This document shows positions 20,973 through 29,862 of a stretch of DNA of 64,000 nucleotides, in pieces. The notes under the pieces were generated by a model. The model had not been told where the DNA came from. It was given only the letters and a program-made list of their open reading frames with translations, and ran no database searches. The stretch's first letter is position 1, and the number at the start of each line of letters is the position of its first letter. The stretch spans positions 1,248,001 through 1,312,000 of the forward strand of contig OZ244252.1 of NCBI GenBank assembly GCA_965217185.1, written 5' to 3'. Made by a program: the position numbers and the translations under genes. This stretch comes from an uncultured Candidatus Entotheonella sp. (GTDB lineage Bacteria > Tectomicrobia > Entotheonellia > Entotheonellales > Entotheonellaceae).

Positions 20973-21018
20973 GTCGATTGCCTATACAACTCGGAAAGCA
21001 GGCGCATTTGACGGTTGA
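20953..21018 (+). pseudogene. Truncated DUF5615 (PIN-like) toxin remnant
   Basis: Overlaps the DUF433 3' end and reads MRLLLDESIAYTTRKAGAFDG*; MRLLLDES is the typical start of the DUF433 partner toxin, but the frame stops after 21 codons. Confidence 0.7.
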
Positions 21019-21208
21019 GCAAGATGTGTGCATAGGAAGAAAGTTGCAAACCCTTTTTTGCAAGACATCCTTGGAATCCGCCCGCCATTGACCTTGATCC
21101 ATCTTTCTGCCCAATTCCCCAATGGAAAGCCTTTCCGCCAAAATCCGACCTCTGAATCCGCGGAAGATGGCTTCTAAAGTGCTATTATCAAAACCTAAAA
21201 ACCAATTA

Positions 21209-21237
21209 TTGACAAAAATTGTTTGATTACCTAAATT
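21209..21237 (+). promoter_or_regulatory. Sigma-70 promoter
   Basis: TTGACA (21209) - 17 bp - TAAATT (21232) in an AT-rich tract. Confidence 0.65.
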
Positions 21238-21304
21238 TCGTCTATGTTCTTTGTTGCACTGTTGTACAGGTCAAAGAGACACGTTCAGCAACCTGGAGGC
21301 GCGC

Positions 21305-22567
21305 ATGGTCATTACTGCCGAAGAAATCCGACAACGATTGCGATACGCGCGTGAAAGCCAGCATATCACCCAGGAATCCGCCGGGGCTGTACTCGGGCTC
21401 CAGCGGTCCGCCATCAGCCTCATGGAGTCCGGCCAGCGGCAGGTCTCCACGCTCGAGCTGACCCGCCTTGCGGAACTCTACGGACGAGCTATCGAGTGGT
21501 TTGTGAACTCGCGCATTCCAATGGAGCAAGAAGACCCGGTCGTCGCCCTCTTTCGCGCTGAGCCGGACCTGCAAAGTGAGGTCGTTCAAGCGCACGCCTC
21601 GCGTTGCCTGCGGCTCCTCAGAGAAGGGGCATCGCTTCGACGGCTGGTTGGACGCAGAAGCACCGCTTCCCTGCCGCGTTACGAACTCCCCTCCCCCCGA
21701 ACGGTCGGACAGGCCATTGCCCAAGGGCAGTCGGTGGCCGAGCAGGAGCGCCGGCGTCTCGATCTCGGCAAGGCGCCGGTGCGAAACGTGCCTGAAACGT
21801 TAGCCCACCAGACCGTCTGGACGGCTGCCCTGCCGTTGCCGAGCGAAATCTCCGGCCTCTTTCTGAGTAGTCCCGATTTCGGCATGGCAATTTTGGCCAA
21901 CCTCACCCAACCGCCAGCGCGCCGGCGGTTTTTCTACGCGCACGAATACGGCCATGCGCTGATGGACCGCGATGCGCCGGCAACGGTTACGAGCGTCCAC
22001 AACGCCAAGACTAGGCCCGAGCAGCGCGCCAACGCCTTCGCCGCCGCCTTCCTCATGCCCGCCGAGGGTGTGCGGGATTTTCTGCACAACTTGGGCAAAG
22101 GGAGAGGCTCCCGCCACGAAGAAGCCGCGATGGATGTCGTCACCGAAGCGGGCATCCGGGGGACTTTGCGAAGCCCGGCGGGCTCACAGAACGTGACCTA
22201 CGCCGACGCGGCGCTGTTGGCCCGGCACTTTGGCGCCAGCTACGCGGCAGCGGTTTGGCGCTTGCGCGGCTTGAATCACATGAACGTCGAGCACACCCAA
22301 ACGCTTCTCAGCCAGACCGAAGAGGCCAATCGCTATCTGCGCGCGGTAAGCGCATTTTCCGACTTGGATGATGACGAAGACGAGGCACCCGTCAAGGAGC
22401 TTGCCCCGGACCTGATCCGGGGGCATCAGGACCACGAGTTGCATGGGCAGGTGCTGCCGCTGGTCTTGGAAGCATGGTGGCGCGGCGAGATTTCGCAGGG
22501 GAAGCTACTCGAAGTGGGTCGGCTGTTGGATATGGAGGACGAGACGGTCCTCGACTTGGCTGATTGA
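21305..22567 (+). CDS. XRE HTH fused to an ImmA/IrrE-family zinc metallopeptidase
   Basis: N-terminal HTH (RLRYARE..TQE...ISLMESGQR); RRFFYAHEYGH (HExxH); EQRANAFAAAFLMP. Confidence 0.93.
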   Translation: MVITAEEIRQRLRYARESQHITQESAGAVLGLQRSAISLMESGQRQVSTLELTRLAELYGRAIEWFVNSRIPMEQEDPVVALFRAEPDLQSEVVQAHASRCLRLLREGASLRRLVGRRSTASLPRYELPSPRTVGQAIAQGQSVAEQERRRLDLGKAPVRNVPETLAHQTVWTAALPLPSEISGLFLSSPDFGMAILANLTQPPARRRFFYAHEYGHALMDRDAPATVTSVHNAKTRPEQRANAFAAAFLMPAEGVRDFLHNLGKGRGSRHEEAAMDVVTEAGIRGTLRSPAGSQNVTYADAALLARHFGASYAAAVWRLRGLNHMNVEHTQTLLSQTEEANRYLRAVSAFSDLDDDEDEAPVKELAPDLIRGHQDHELHGQVLPLVLEAWWRGEISQGKLLEVGRLLDMEDETVLDLAD

Positions 22568-22646
22568 GGCGTCCTGAATGGCGCGCCAAGGCCCGGCGAT
22601 GATCGTTTTCGAGGCGCATGTAGCACCAACCATTAGAGGCATGCTC

Positions 22647-24788
22647 ATGTCTGACTTTGACGATAAGCCAATTACATTACCCGAAGAAGACATCCTCGGG
22701 TTCAATCCGCTCGCTAAAGTGATAGCCGACAGCATTTCAAAGATGGAGGAACCGGAGGGGACGGTTATTGCCGTCAATGGTCCGTGGGGTTCGGGCAAGA
22801 GCAGCGTTGTCAACTTGGTGCGGCATCATTTGCGCAGTACGGGGAATCCCGGTTTGGAGGTGGTCGATTTCAAATGCTGGTGGTTCCGTGGGGAAGAAGC
22901 CCTGACGGTCGCGTTCTTTCACGAACTCTATTCCGCGTTCAGTCCATCCTTTGACAGAAGAGCAAAGAAGGCTCTCTCCAAACTTGGCAAATTTCTCAGT
23001 ATTGCAGGCGCCACGCTAAGCGCGGTGGGTGTGTTCAATGCGCTGTTGGCCGGCGTGGGCAAAGCCGCTTCCGCTATTGGTAAGCTTTTTGGTCGGCAGG
23101 AAGAAACTGTCGAAATGCTGCACAAGGAAATTTTCCACGCGCTACGCAAAGGCTCTAGCCGCTATCTGATCATAATTGATGACATCGACCGCCTTTCACC
23201 GGACGAGGCAATTCTCATCTTCCGGTTGGTGAAGTCGGTCGGCGGACTGCCGAACGTCATGTATCTCCTTGCTTACGACCGGCAACTTGCCGAGAAAACC
23301 GTTGCCGAGCGTTACCCCTCCGAAGGCCCCCACTATCTCGAAAAGATCGTTCAGGCTTCTTTTGATCTGCCGGCACCAAGCCAAACCTCCCTGAACCGGG
23401 AATTCGCAAGGCGTTTGAACACGGTTATTCGAATAGAAGGTTTCCAGGAGGAGACCCGTTTCCAAAACCTTTACAACGAGCTTATTGAGCCCGAAATCAA
23501 GACACCGCGCGACTTTATCAGGATATTGAACCCGTTGAAGGTCACTTGGGCGGCGGTCAGGGAAGAGGTCAATCCTGCTGATTTCCTGTGCCTGGAAACC
23601 TTGCGGATTCAGCGCCCGGAATTGTACCGGACGTTGAAGGCGAATAAGGACCGTGTGACCGGAAGACAAGGGACCAACCTTTGGGGCACAAGCTCATCAC
23701 CTGAACGATCAGAAAAATACGATGCGATCTTTCTTGAATGTGAGCCCGAATCGGACCGTGAAAGATTGCGTAACGGGCTAATGCGATTGTTCCCAGCACT
23801 GAAACGCGCTTGGAAAGACGTAACTCACGGAGAACATTCATTGGCCCTCTGGGACAAGCAGCGCCGTGTATGCTCGCCCGAACACTTCGATACCTATTTT
23901 CAATTTTCGCTTTCTGAGGATGTCCTGAGCACCGGAGAGATCAAAACGCTCGTCGCCAGCGCGGGTGACGCGGAGCGCCTTCGAGATTTGTTTCTCGATG
24001 CCGCAAACACAAGATTGGCGAGTGGCAGCACCAAGGCCCAGCTTTTTCTTGAAGCACTCAGAGTTCATGCGGACGATGTACCCGAAGATCATGTCTGCGA
24101 CTTGCTCAAATCGATCTACTCTGTCGCGGACAACCTTGTGCTGGCAGAGAGTAAAGAGGGCTTCCAATCGACGATTTTTGGGGAGACCCTTCCTCGCTTG
24201 TGCGGGCTCATCCGCCAGTTGACCATGGAACGCTTCACTCTGGAAAGGCGCTCATCTGTGATACGCGAGGCTTGCAACGATGCGACAATCACCTGTTTGG
24301 CATTTATTGCGGGCTCGGCTTGGGGCGAACATCTGCCCACAGAAAACGAAATCCCCAAAGGTCCAGAGGAACGTCTGACGTCACAACGTCATGCCGAGGA
24401 ACTCAAAGACTTGGCATTAAAGCGAATTCGAAAGGCTGCTAACGATGGCTCGCTGATAGAGTGTCCACTGTTGATGGTAGTACTGCTCCGGTGGAAAGGT
24501 GCTGAGGATGGTGATGAAGCTGTCCGAACATGGGTGAGCACCGTAATCCATAGTGATGCGGTGGCGGTAGTTCGTATCGCAGAGGCATTCACGGGCTTCG
24601 GGTCCGGAGGGTATCTTGGGGATTCTGTTCCAGAGCAAAACTATATTGCGTTGACGAGTCAGTTAGAGTTGGTCGCTGACTTGCAAGAATTCAGGGCACG
24701 CGCAGAGCAAGTGTTGAGAGAGGGCAGTTTGGAAGCCAAGGACCGTGAGATACTGGAGCGATTTCTCAACGCGCGGGAGAATAAATGA
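22647..24788 (+). CDS. KAP-family P-loop NTPase
   Basis: DILGF, Walker A GPWGSGKS, Walker B IIIDDIDRL, YLEKIVQ, TPRD. Confidence 0.92.
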   Translation: MSDFDDKPITLPEEDILGFNPLAKVIADSISKMEEPEGTVIAVNGPWGSGKSSVVNLVRHHLRSTGNPGLEVVDFKCWWFRGEEALTVAFFHELYSAFSPSFDRRAKKALSKLGKFLSIAGATLSAVGVFNALLAGVGKAASAIGKLFGRQEETVEMLHKEIFHALRKGSSRYLIIIDDIDRLSPDEAILIFRLVKSVGGLPNVMYLLAYDRQLAEKTVAERYPSEGPHYLEKIVQASFDLPAPSQTSLNREFARRLNTVIRIEGFQEETRFQNLYNELIEPEIKTPRDFIRILNPLKVTWAAVREEVNPADFLCLETLRIQRPELYRTLKANKDRVTGRQGTNLWGTSSSPERSEKYDAIFLECEPESDRERLRNGLMRLFPALKRAWKDVTHGEHSLALWDKQRRVCSPEHFDTYFQFSLSEDVLSTGEIKTLVASAGDAERLRDLFLDAANTRLASGSTKAQLFLEALRVHADDVPEDHVCDLLKSIYSVADNLVLAESKEGFQSTIFGETLPRLCGLIRQLTMERFTLERRSSVIREACNDATITCLAFIAGSAWGEHLPTENEIPKGPEERLTSQRHAEELKDLALKRIRKAANDGSLIECPLLMVVLLRWKGAEDGDEAVRTWVSTVIHSDAVAVVRIAEAFTGFGSGGYLGDSVPEQNYIALTSQLELVADLQEFRARAEQVLREGSLEAKDREILERFLNARENK

Positions 24789-24806
24789 AAGACGGCGGTT
24801 TGGCGC

Positions 24807-25187
24807 ATGGCTTCGCAAGAAACCCTTGAACACGTACGACGGGCCGCAGCGCAACGTGTACTATTTCTCCCCCATGCAGTTCGGCAAATGGCGCGGCCGG
24901 ACAGAGTCATCACGCCAAGCGAGATCCGGGCTGTTATCATGCAAGGCGAAGTCATTGAGGACTATCCCGAAGACATTCGCGGTCATAGTTGTCTGCTGTA
25001 CGGCTATGGCGTGGATCAACGGGATATCCACGTTGTTTGCGCACCTAAAGAAGATTTTCTCGCGATCATCACGACGTATCTTCCCACGGATGAAAAATGG
25101 GAACAGGGCTTACGGACAAGGAGCCATAATGAACTGCGTCCACTGTCATGGACAGATGAAGCGATCGAGCGCCCCTTTTCATATTGA
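24807..25187 (+). CDS. DUF4258 family (RelE-like) toxin
   Basis: HAVRQM, GEVIEDYPED.RGHSCL, IHVVCAP, IITTY.P. Confidence 0.88.
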   Translation: MASQETLEHVRRAAAQRVLFLPHAVRQMARPDRVITPSEIRAVIMQGEVIEDYPEDIRGHSCLLYGYGVDQRDIHVVCAPKEDFLAIITTYLPTDEKWEQGLRTRSHNELRPLSWTDEAIERPFSY

Positions 25188-25350
25188 TCGTAACGGCTAT
25201 CACTTGGTGTTCGACACAGTTCCGGCTTGGGTTTGCGGCCAGTGTGGTGAGGCGTACTTTGAGGAGCGGGAAGTCAATGCCATGCAGTGCGCCATTCAAG
25301 GTCTTGACCAACAGGCTCGGCAGCTTGTTGCGGACCTTGAGACGGCGTAG
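25129..25350 (+). CDS. YgiT-type zinc finger antitoxin, copy 2
   Basis: MNCVHC...VPAWVCGQCGE; start at ATG 25129 after AGGAG. Confidence 0.88.
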   Translation: MNCVHCHGQMKRSSAPFHIDRNGYHLVFDTVPAWVCGQCGEAYFEEREVNAMQCAIQGLDQQARQLVADLETA

Positions 25351-25422
25351 CGCGGCCTTGCAGCTAACCCGGCGGAGGTTTTCGTCGCTTGATAAGAACA
25401 CACTGTAGGTAGACTGTAACCC

Positions 25423-26976
25423 ATGCCCACCCTGCACTGGCTGACACGCGACACCGACATCCACGCCGCTGCCCGTGTGCCTTATCGTCTGCTGGAAGAA
25501 GCGTCGGACCTCTCCGCCGGTGATCCGGACGCCGGCAATATGCTCATCCAAGGTGACAATCTGGAAGCATTGAAGGCGTTGTTGCCGTTCTATGCCGGGC
25601 AGGTGAAGTGCATCTATATTGACCCGCCGTACAACACGCGTTCGGCTTTCGAGCACTACGACGACAATCTGGAACATAGCAAGTGGCTGGCGATGATGTG
25701 GCCGCGGTTGGAACTGTTGCGCGACTTGCTGGCGGAGGATGGCTCGATTTGGGTGTCGATTGACGACAATGAGGCGCACTACCTCAAGGTCATCATGGAT
25801 GAAGTGTTTGGAAGAAGAAATTTCGTGGCTAACGTATTTTGGCAAAAGACCTATACGCGAGAGAATCGAACGGATGTATCGGCCGTACATGACCACATAA
25901 TGCTCTTCGCACGGGATCGGGAGGTCTGGAAAGAGATTCGGAATGTTCTTCCTGCGTCAGAGAGTCAACTTGAGAGATTTACGAATCCAGATGACGACCC
26001 ACGGGGTGCTTGGTCTTCGCTTCCAGCCCATGCGAAAGCTGAGAAGGGGCGCAGAAAGGAACAGTTTTTTACAGTGACAACCCCATCAGGACGCACGGTT
26101 GACCCTCCTCCGGGGCGATGCTGGTTGTACACGGAAGAACGTTTTGCGGAAATGGTCGCGGACAGCCGTATATGGTTTGGAAGCAAAGGCGCTAACGTTC
26201 CCCGAGTGAAGAAGTTCTTGTCGGAAGTTCAACAGGGACTCGTTCCGTCTACACTCTGGCTCTATCAAGATGTCGGTACGACCGGGGAAGCAAAGAACGA
26301 AATCACGGGTCTGTTTCCCGGAGAAACACCCTTTTCAACCCCCAAGCCCGAACGCCTCCTGCAACGCATTCTCCATATCGCCACCAACCCCGGCGACCTC
26401 GTCCTCGACTCCTTCCTCGGCTCCGGCACCACCGCTGCTGTCGCGCACAAGATGGGCCGCCGCTACATCGGCATCGAAATGGGCGCCCACGCTGTCAGCC
26501 ATTGCGTCCCGCGTTTGAAACAGGTCATCGACGGCGAACAAGGCGGCATTTCCAAAAGCGTCGGCTGGCAGGGTGGCGGCGGGTTTCGCTTCTACCGCCT
26601 CGGCCCGCCGGTGTTCGACGAAGCAGGGCAGATTCGCTCCGATATCCCCTTTTCCGTGCTGGCCGCCCACGTCTATTTCAGCGAGACCGGGCGCTCGTGG
26701 CGCAGCAACGGCGTGTCGCCCTTCCTCGGCTTGCACGACGGTCACGCCTATGCGCTGCTGTACAACGGCATTCTCGGCGACAAGCGAGCGGACGGCGGCA
26801 ACGTCCTGACCCGCGCCACGCTGTCGGTGGTCCGGGAGGCGATGGCGCGGCAGGATGCAGGGTTCGCCGGCCCGCTGACAGTCTACGGCGAACGCTCGCG
26901 CCTCATGCCGGTAACCCTCGAGCGCGAGCGCATTACCTTCAAACAGGTGCCCTACCACATCAAGGCTTGGACCTGA
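25423..26976 (+). CDS. mod: Type III restriction-modification methyltransferase (N6-adenine)
   Basis: GDNLEALK, IYIDPPYN, PKPERLLQRI, VLDSFLGSGTT, GWQGGGGFRF. Confidence 0.93.
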   Translation: MPTLHWLTRDTDIHAAARVPYRLLEEASDLSAGDPDAGNMLIQGDNLEALKALLPFYAGQVKCIYIDPPYNTRSAFEHYDDNLEHSKWLAMMWPRLELLRDLLAEDGSIWVSIDDNEAHYLKVIMDEVFGRRNFVANVFWQKTYTRENRTDVSAVHDHIMLFARDREVWKEIRNVLPASESQLERFTNPDDDPRGAWSSLPAHAKAEKGRRKEQFFTVTTPSGRTVDPPPGRCWLYTEERFAEMVADSRIWFGSKGANVPRVKKFLSEVQQGLVPSTLWLYQDVGTTGEAKNEITGLFPGETPFSTPKPERLLQRILHIATNPGDLVLDSFLGSGTTAAVAHKMGRRYIGIEMGAHAVSHCVPRLKQVIDGEQGGISKSVGWQGGGGFRFYRLGPPVFDEAGQIRSDIPFSVLAAHVYFSETGRSWRSNGVSPFLGLHDGHAYALLYNGILGDKRADGGNVLTRATLSVVREAMARQDAGFAGPLTVYGERSRLMPVTLERERITFKQVPYHIKAWT

Positions 26977-26979
26977 TTC

Positions 26980-29649
26980 ATGCAGCTGAAGGCGTATCAA
27001 GCTGACACCCTCACGGTGCTGCGCCGCTTCTTCGAGGAGGCGCGCGTCGCCGGACCCAAGAACGCCTATGAGGCCATCACCCGCGAGCCGGAGCAGGCCG
27101 GGCGGCTTGGCGGCTATGCCGGGGCTTATACGCCGCTGAACGACTTGCCGGACGTGCCCTACGTCTGCCTGCGCCTGCCCACCGGTGGTGGCAAAACGAT
27201 CCTCGCCGCGCATGCCGTGTCCGTCGCCCGCAACGCCTGGATCGAGAAGGACTATCCGCTGGTGCTGTGGCTGGTGCCGAGCAATACCATCCGCCTGCAA
27301 ACGGTCGAAGCCCTGAAAAACCCCCGACATGCCTACCGACAGGTGCTGGACGCCGCGCTTGACGGGCGGGTGCGCGTGTTCGACATTGCCGATTTCACTC
27401 ACATCCGACCGCACGACCTGCGTGACCGCTGTTGCCTGGTGGTCGGCACCATTCAAACACTGCGCGTCAAGAGTACCGAGGGCCGCAAGGTCTACGCCCA
27501 CAACGAGGAAATGGAGCCGCACTTCGCCTCGCTGCCGCAACCAGCGCCGGGCCTGGAGAAGTTGGACGACGGCGCCGTCAAGTTCTCCTTCGCCAACCTG
27601 CTGCACCTGCACCGACCCTTGATGATCGTCGATGAGGCGCACAACGCCGTCACCGGCCTGACGCGCGACATGCAGGCGCGGGTCAACCCGTGCGCCGTTA
27701 TCGAGTTCACGGCGACGCCGCGGGGCAAGTCGAACATCCTGTATAGCGTCAGCGCCCAGGAACTCAAGCGCGCAGACATGATCAAGCTGCCCATCATGCT
27801 TGCCGAGCACGATTCCTGGCAGAATGCGGTGAACGGGGCCATCGCCGCCCGCGCCGCGCTGGCCAAGGCCGCGAAGGACGACCCCGACTACATCCGGCCC
27901 ATCGTCCTGTTCCAGGCGCAGCCGAAAGACCAGGGAGTAACGGTCGGGGCACTGAAAACGCATCTGGTGGACGTCGAGCAGATTCCCGCCAGCAAAATCG
28001 CCGTCGCCACGGGCAACCAGCGCGAGCTCGACGGTATCGACCTGTTCGACCGTGCCTGCCCCATCGAGTACGTCATCACGGTCGAGGCGCTCAAGGAAGG
28101 CTGGGACTGCTCGTTCGCCTACGTCTTCTGTTCCGTGTCGCGTATCCGAAGCGCGACGGACGTGGAGCAGCTTCTCGGCCGCGTGCTGCGCATGCCCTAC
28201 GCCACGCGGCGCCGCAACGCCGACCTGAACAAGGCATACAGCTTCCTGTCCGAGCCGTCCTTTGGCGAGGCGGCGCGCGCCCTGGCCGACAAGCTGGTGG
28301 CCATGGGCTTTGAGGAGGACGAGGCCCTCGATCATATCGAGCCGGTGCAGGGTGCGTTCGAGATTGGTGGGGACTTATTCGGCCCGCGCGAACAGCCGGC
28401 GCCGCTATTCAGTCACATTATCACGGCCAGCCCGGAGGTTTTGTATTCGCTGCAGGCGGTAACGCACGACGGATTCATGGCTCGGGAGGGTGCCGAGGGG
28501 CAGGTCGAAATCGCGGTCACCGGTCGGGTTGACGGCGGCCTGGAGCAGGAGATCTACAAGGCTCTGCCGACAAGTGAGCGGACGCGGTTTTCCCAAGCTT
28601 GCGCCGCCTACCGTGCCGAAATCCACGACCTGCTGTCACCCGCCGAACAGGGGCAGCCCTTCAAGGTTCCGCGCCTCATGGCGGAAGTCCAAGGCACGCT
28701 GGAGTTTGCCGATACGGACCTGCTGATGGAATACCACGACTGGTCGCTGCTCGATTATTCGCCCAAGATGGGGGCGGACGAGTTCGCCATCCGTGAGACG
28801 GCGCGCAGCTTTGAAATCGACTTGGACGGCAGGCACGTCACCTACCAGTTCGCCAGTGAAACAGAGCAGTTGGTTCTGGATACCCACGTCGAAGGCTGGA
28901 CCCCGGAGGGGCTCGTCCTGTGGCTCGACCGCCAAGTGCGCCAGCCCTACATTGCCCAGAGCGACTTGCTCAAGTGGCTGCGGGACCTGGTTGGTCACCT
29001 GCTCCAGGCACGCGGCATGACCCTCGCCGCGCTGATGCGTTGCAAGTTTCTGCTTGCCGGCAAAATCGTGAACAAAATCAAAACCATTCGCCAGCAGGAA
29101 CGTGAAGACGTCTACCAGCGCTGCCTCCTCGTGCCTGATGCCAACGCGACGGTCTCGTTTGACAACGCTTTCACCTTTACGGACGGCATGTACTGGGACC
29201 AGCGGCGTTACCGCGGACACTGGAAGCCGCGCAAGCACTTTCTGGGGCCGGACAACGTGCCCGCTTTCGACGGCGCCGAGGATGGGGAGGAGGCCCGGTG
29301 TGCGCAGGTTATCGACAGTCTGGTGCAGGTGGCGTACTGGGTTCGTAACGTCGCACGCCACCCGGCTTCGTTCTGGCTGCCCACCGCGACGGACAGATTT
29401 TACCCCGACTTTGTCGCCCGGTTAACGGATGGCCGGCTGCTCGTGGTCGAATACAAGGGCGCGCATCTCGCCGAAGGGTCGGATACCGCGGAAAAGCGGA
29501 CCATTGGCGCTTTGTGGCAACGAAAAAGTGACGGTCAGGGCTTGTTCATCGTGGTTGAGAAATTCGTCGACGGGAAAGACGTGCGTCAGCAGTTGGAAGA
29601 TTTTTTGAGGGCCAGTGACCTACCCCGGACCCTGGATTCCCGCCTGTGA
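26980..29649 (+). CDS. res: Type III restriction endonuclease (SF2 helicase plus PD-(D/E)xK nuclease)
   Basis: PTGGGKT, DEAH, TATP, LKEGWD, QLLGRVLR, FYPDF...VEYKG. Confidence 0.92.
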   Translation: MQLKAYQADTLTVLRRFFEEARVAGPKNAYEAITREPEQAGRLGGYAGAYTPLNDLPDVPYVCLRLPTGGGKTILAAHAVSVARNAWIEKDYPLVLWLVPSNTIRLQTVEALKNPRHAYRQVLDAALDGRVRVFDIADFTHIRPHDLRDRCCLVVGTIQTLRVKSTEGRKVYAHNEEMEPHFASLPQPAPGLEKLDDGAVKFSFANLLHLHRPLMIVDEAHNAVTGLTRDMQARVNPCAVIEFTATPRGKSNILYSVSAQELKRADMIKLPIMLAEHDSWQNAVNGAIAARAALAKAAKDDPDYIRPIVLFQAQPKDQGVTVGALKTHLVDVEQIPASKIAVATGNQRELDGIDLFDRACPIEYVITVEALKEGWDCSFAYVFCSVSRIRSATDVEQLLGRVLRMPYATRRRNADLNKAYSFLSEPSFGEAARALADKLVAMGFEEDEALDHIEPVQGAFEIGGDLFGPREQPAPLFSHIITASPEVLYSLQAVTHDGFMAREGAEGQVEIAVTGRVDGGLEQEIYKALPTSERTRFSQACAAYRAEIHDLLSPAEQGQPFKVPRLMAEVQGTLEFADTDLLMEYHDWSLLDYSPKMGADEFAIRETARSFEIDLDGRHVTYQFASETEQLVLDTHVEGWTPEGLVLWLDRQVRQPYIAQSDLLKWLRDLVGHLLQARGMTLAALMRCKFLLAGKIVNKIKTIRQQEREDVYQRCLLVPDANATVSFDNAFTFTDGMYWDQRRYRGHWKPRKHFLGPDNVPAFDGAEDGEEARCAQVIDSLVQVAYWVRNVARHPASFWLPTATDRFYPDFVARLTDGRLLVVEYKGAHLAEGSDTAEKRTIGALWQRKSDGQGLFIVVEKFVDGKDVRQQLEDFLRASDLPRTLDSRL

Positions 29650-29658
29650 TTGAGGACT

Positions 29659-29757
29659 GTCACTCCGGCGAAAGCCGGAGCCCAGGGGTTTTCGGGAGCA
29701 AATAACCTGCCCCGGACTCGACCGGGGACACTGGATTCCGGCATACGCCGGAATGAC
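29659..29757. repeat. REP-like inverted palindromic element (family copy 1)
   Basis: GTCACTCCGGCGAAAGCCGGAGCCCAG...CTGGATTCCGGCATACGCCGGAATGAC with internal CCCCGG-N6-CCGGGG hairpin. Confidence 0.75.
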
Positions 29758-29862
29758 GATCTGGGGGCATTGGACAGGTCTGTTTGAACAGGTATGAACA
29801 GAGGTTTTGCAGCGCCTCAGTTTTTGCGGCGCCCAACATTTCTGAGGAGGCAAGACTTCGAG

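Noticed and set aside
25351..25422. attC-like CTAAC after the YgiT gene, suggesting an integron cassette array
   Set aside because: No matching GTTRRRY end or paired L boxes, no repeat at other gene junctions, and no integron integrase.
25423..26976. Phase-variable simple sequence repeat in mod
   Set aside because: No homopolymer or short tandem tract seen; the frame is intact.
26335..28335. 666-aa antisense ORF, and similar long shadow ORFs such as 55032-56945, 10458-11750, 33294-34619 and 6260-7663
   Set aside because: They lie opposite well-supported genes, carry no motifs, and are expected from high-GC codon bias.
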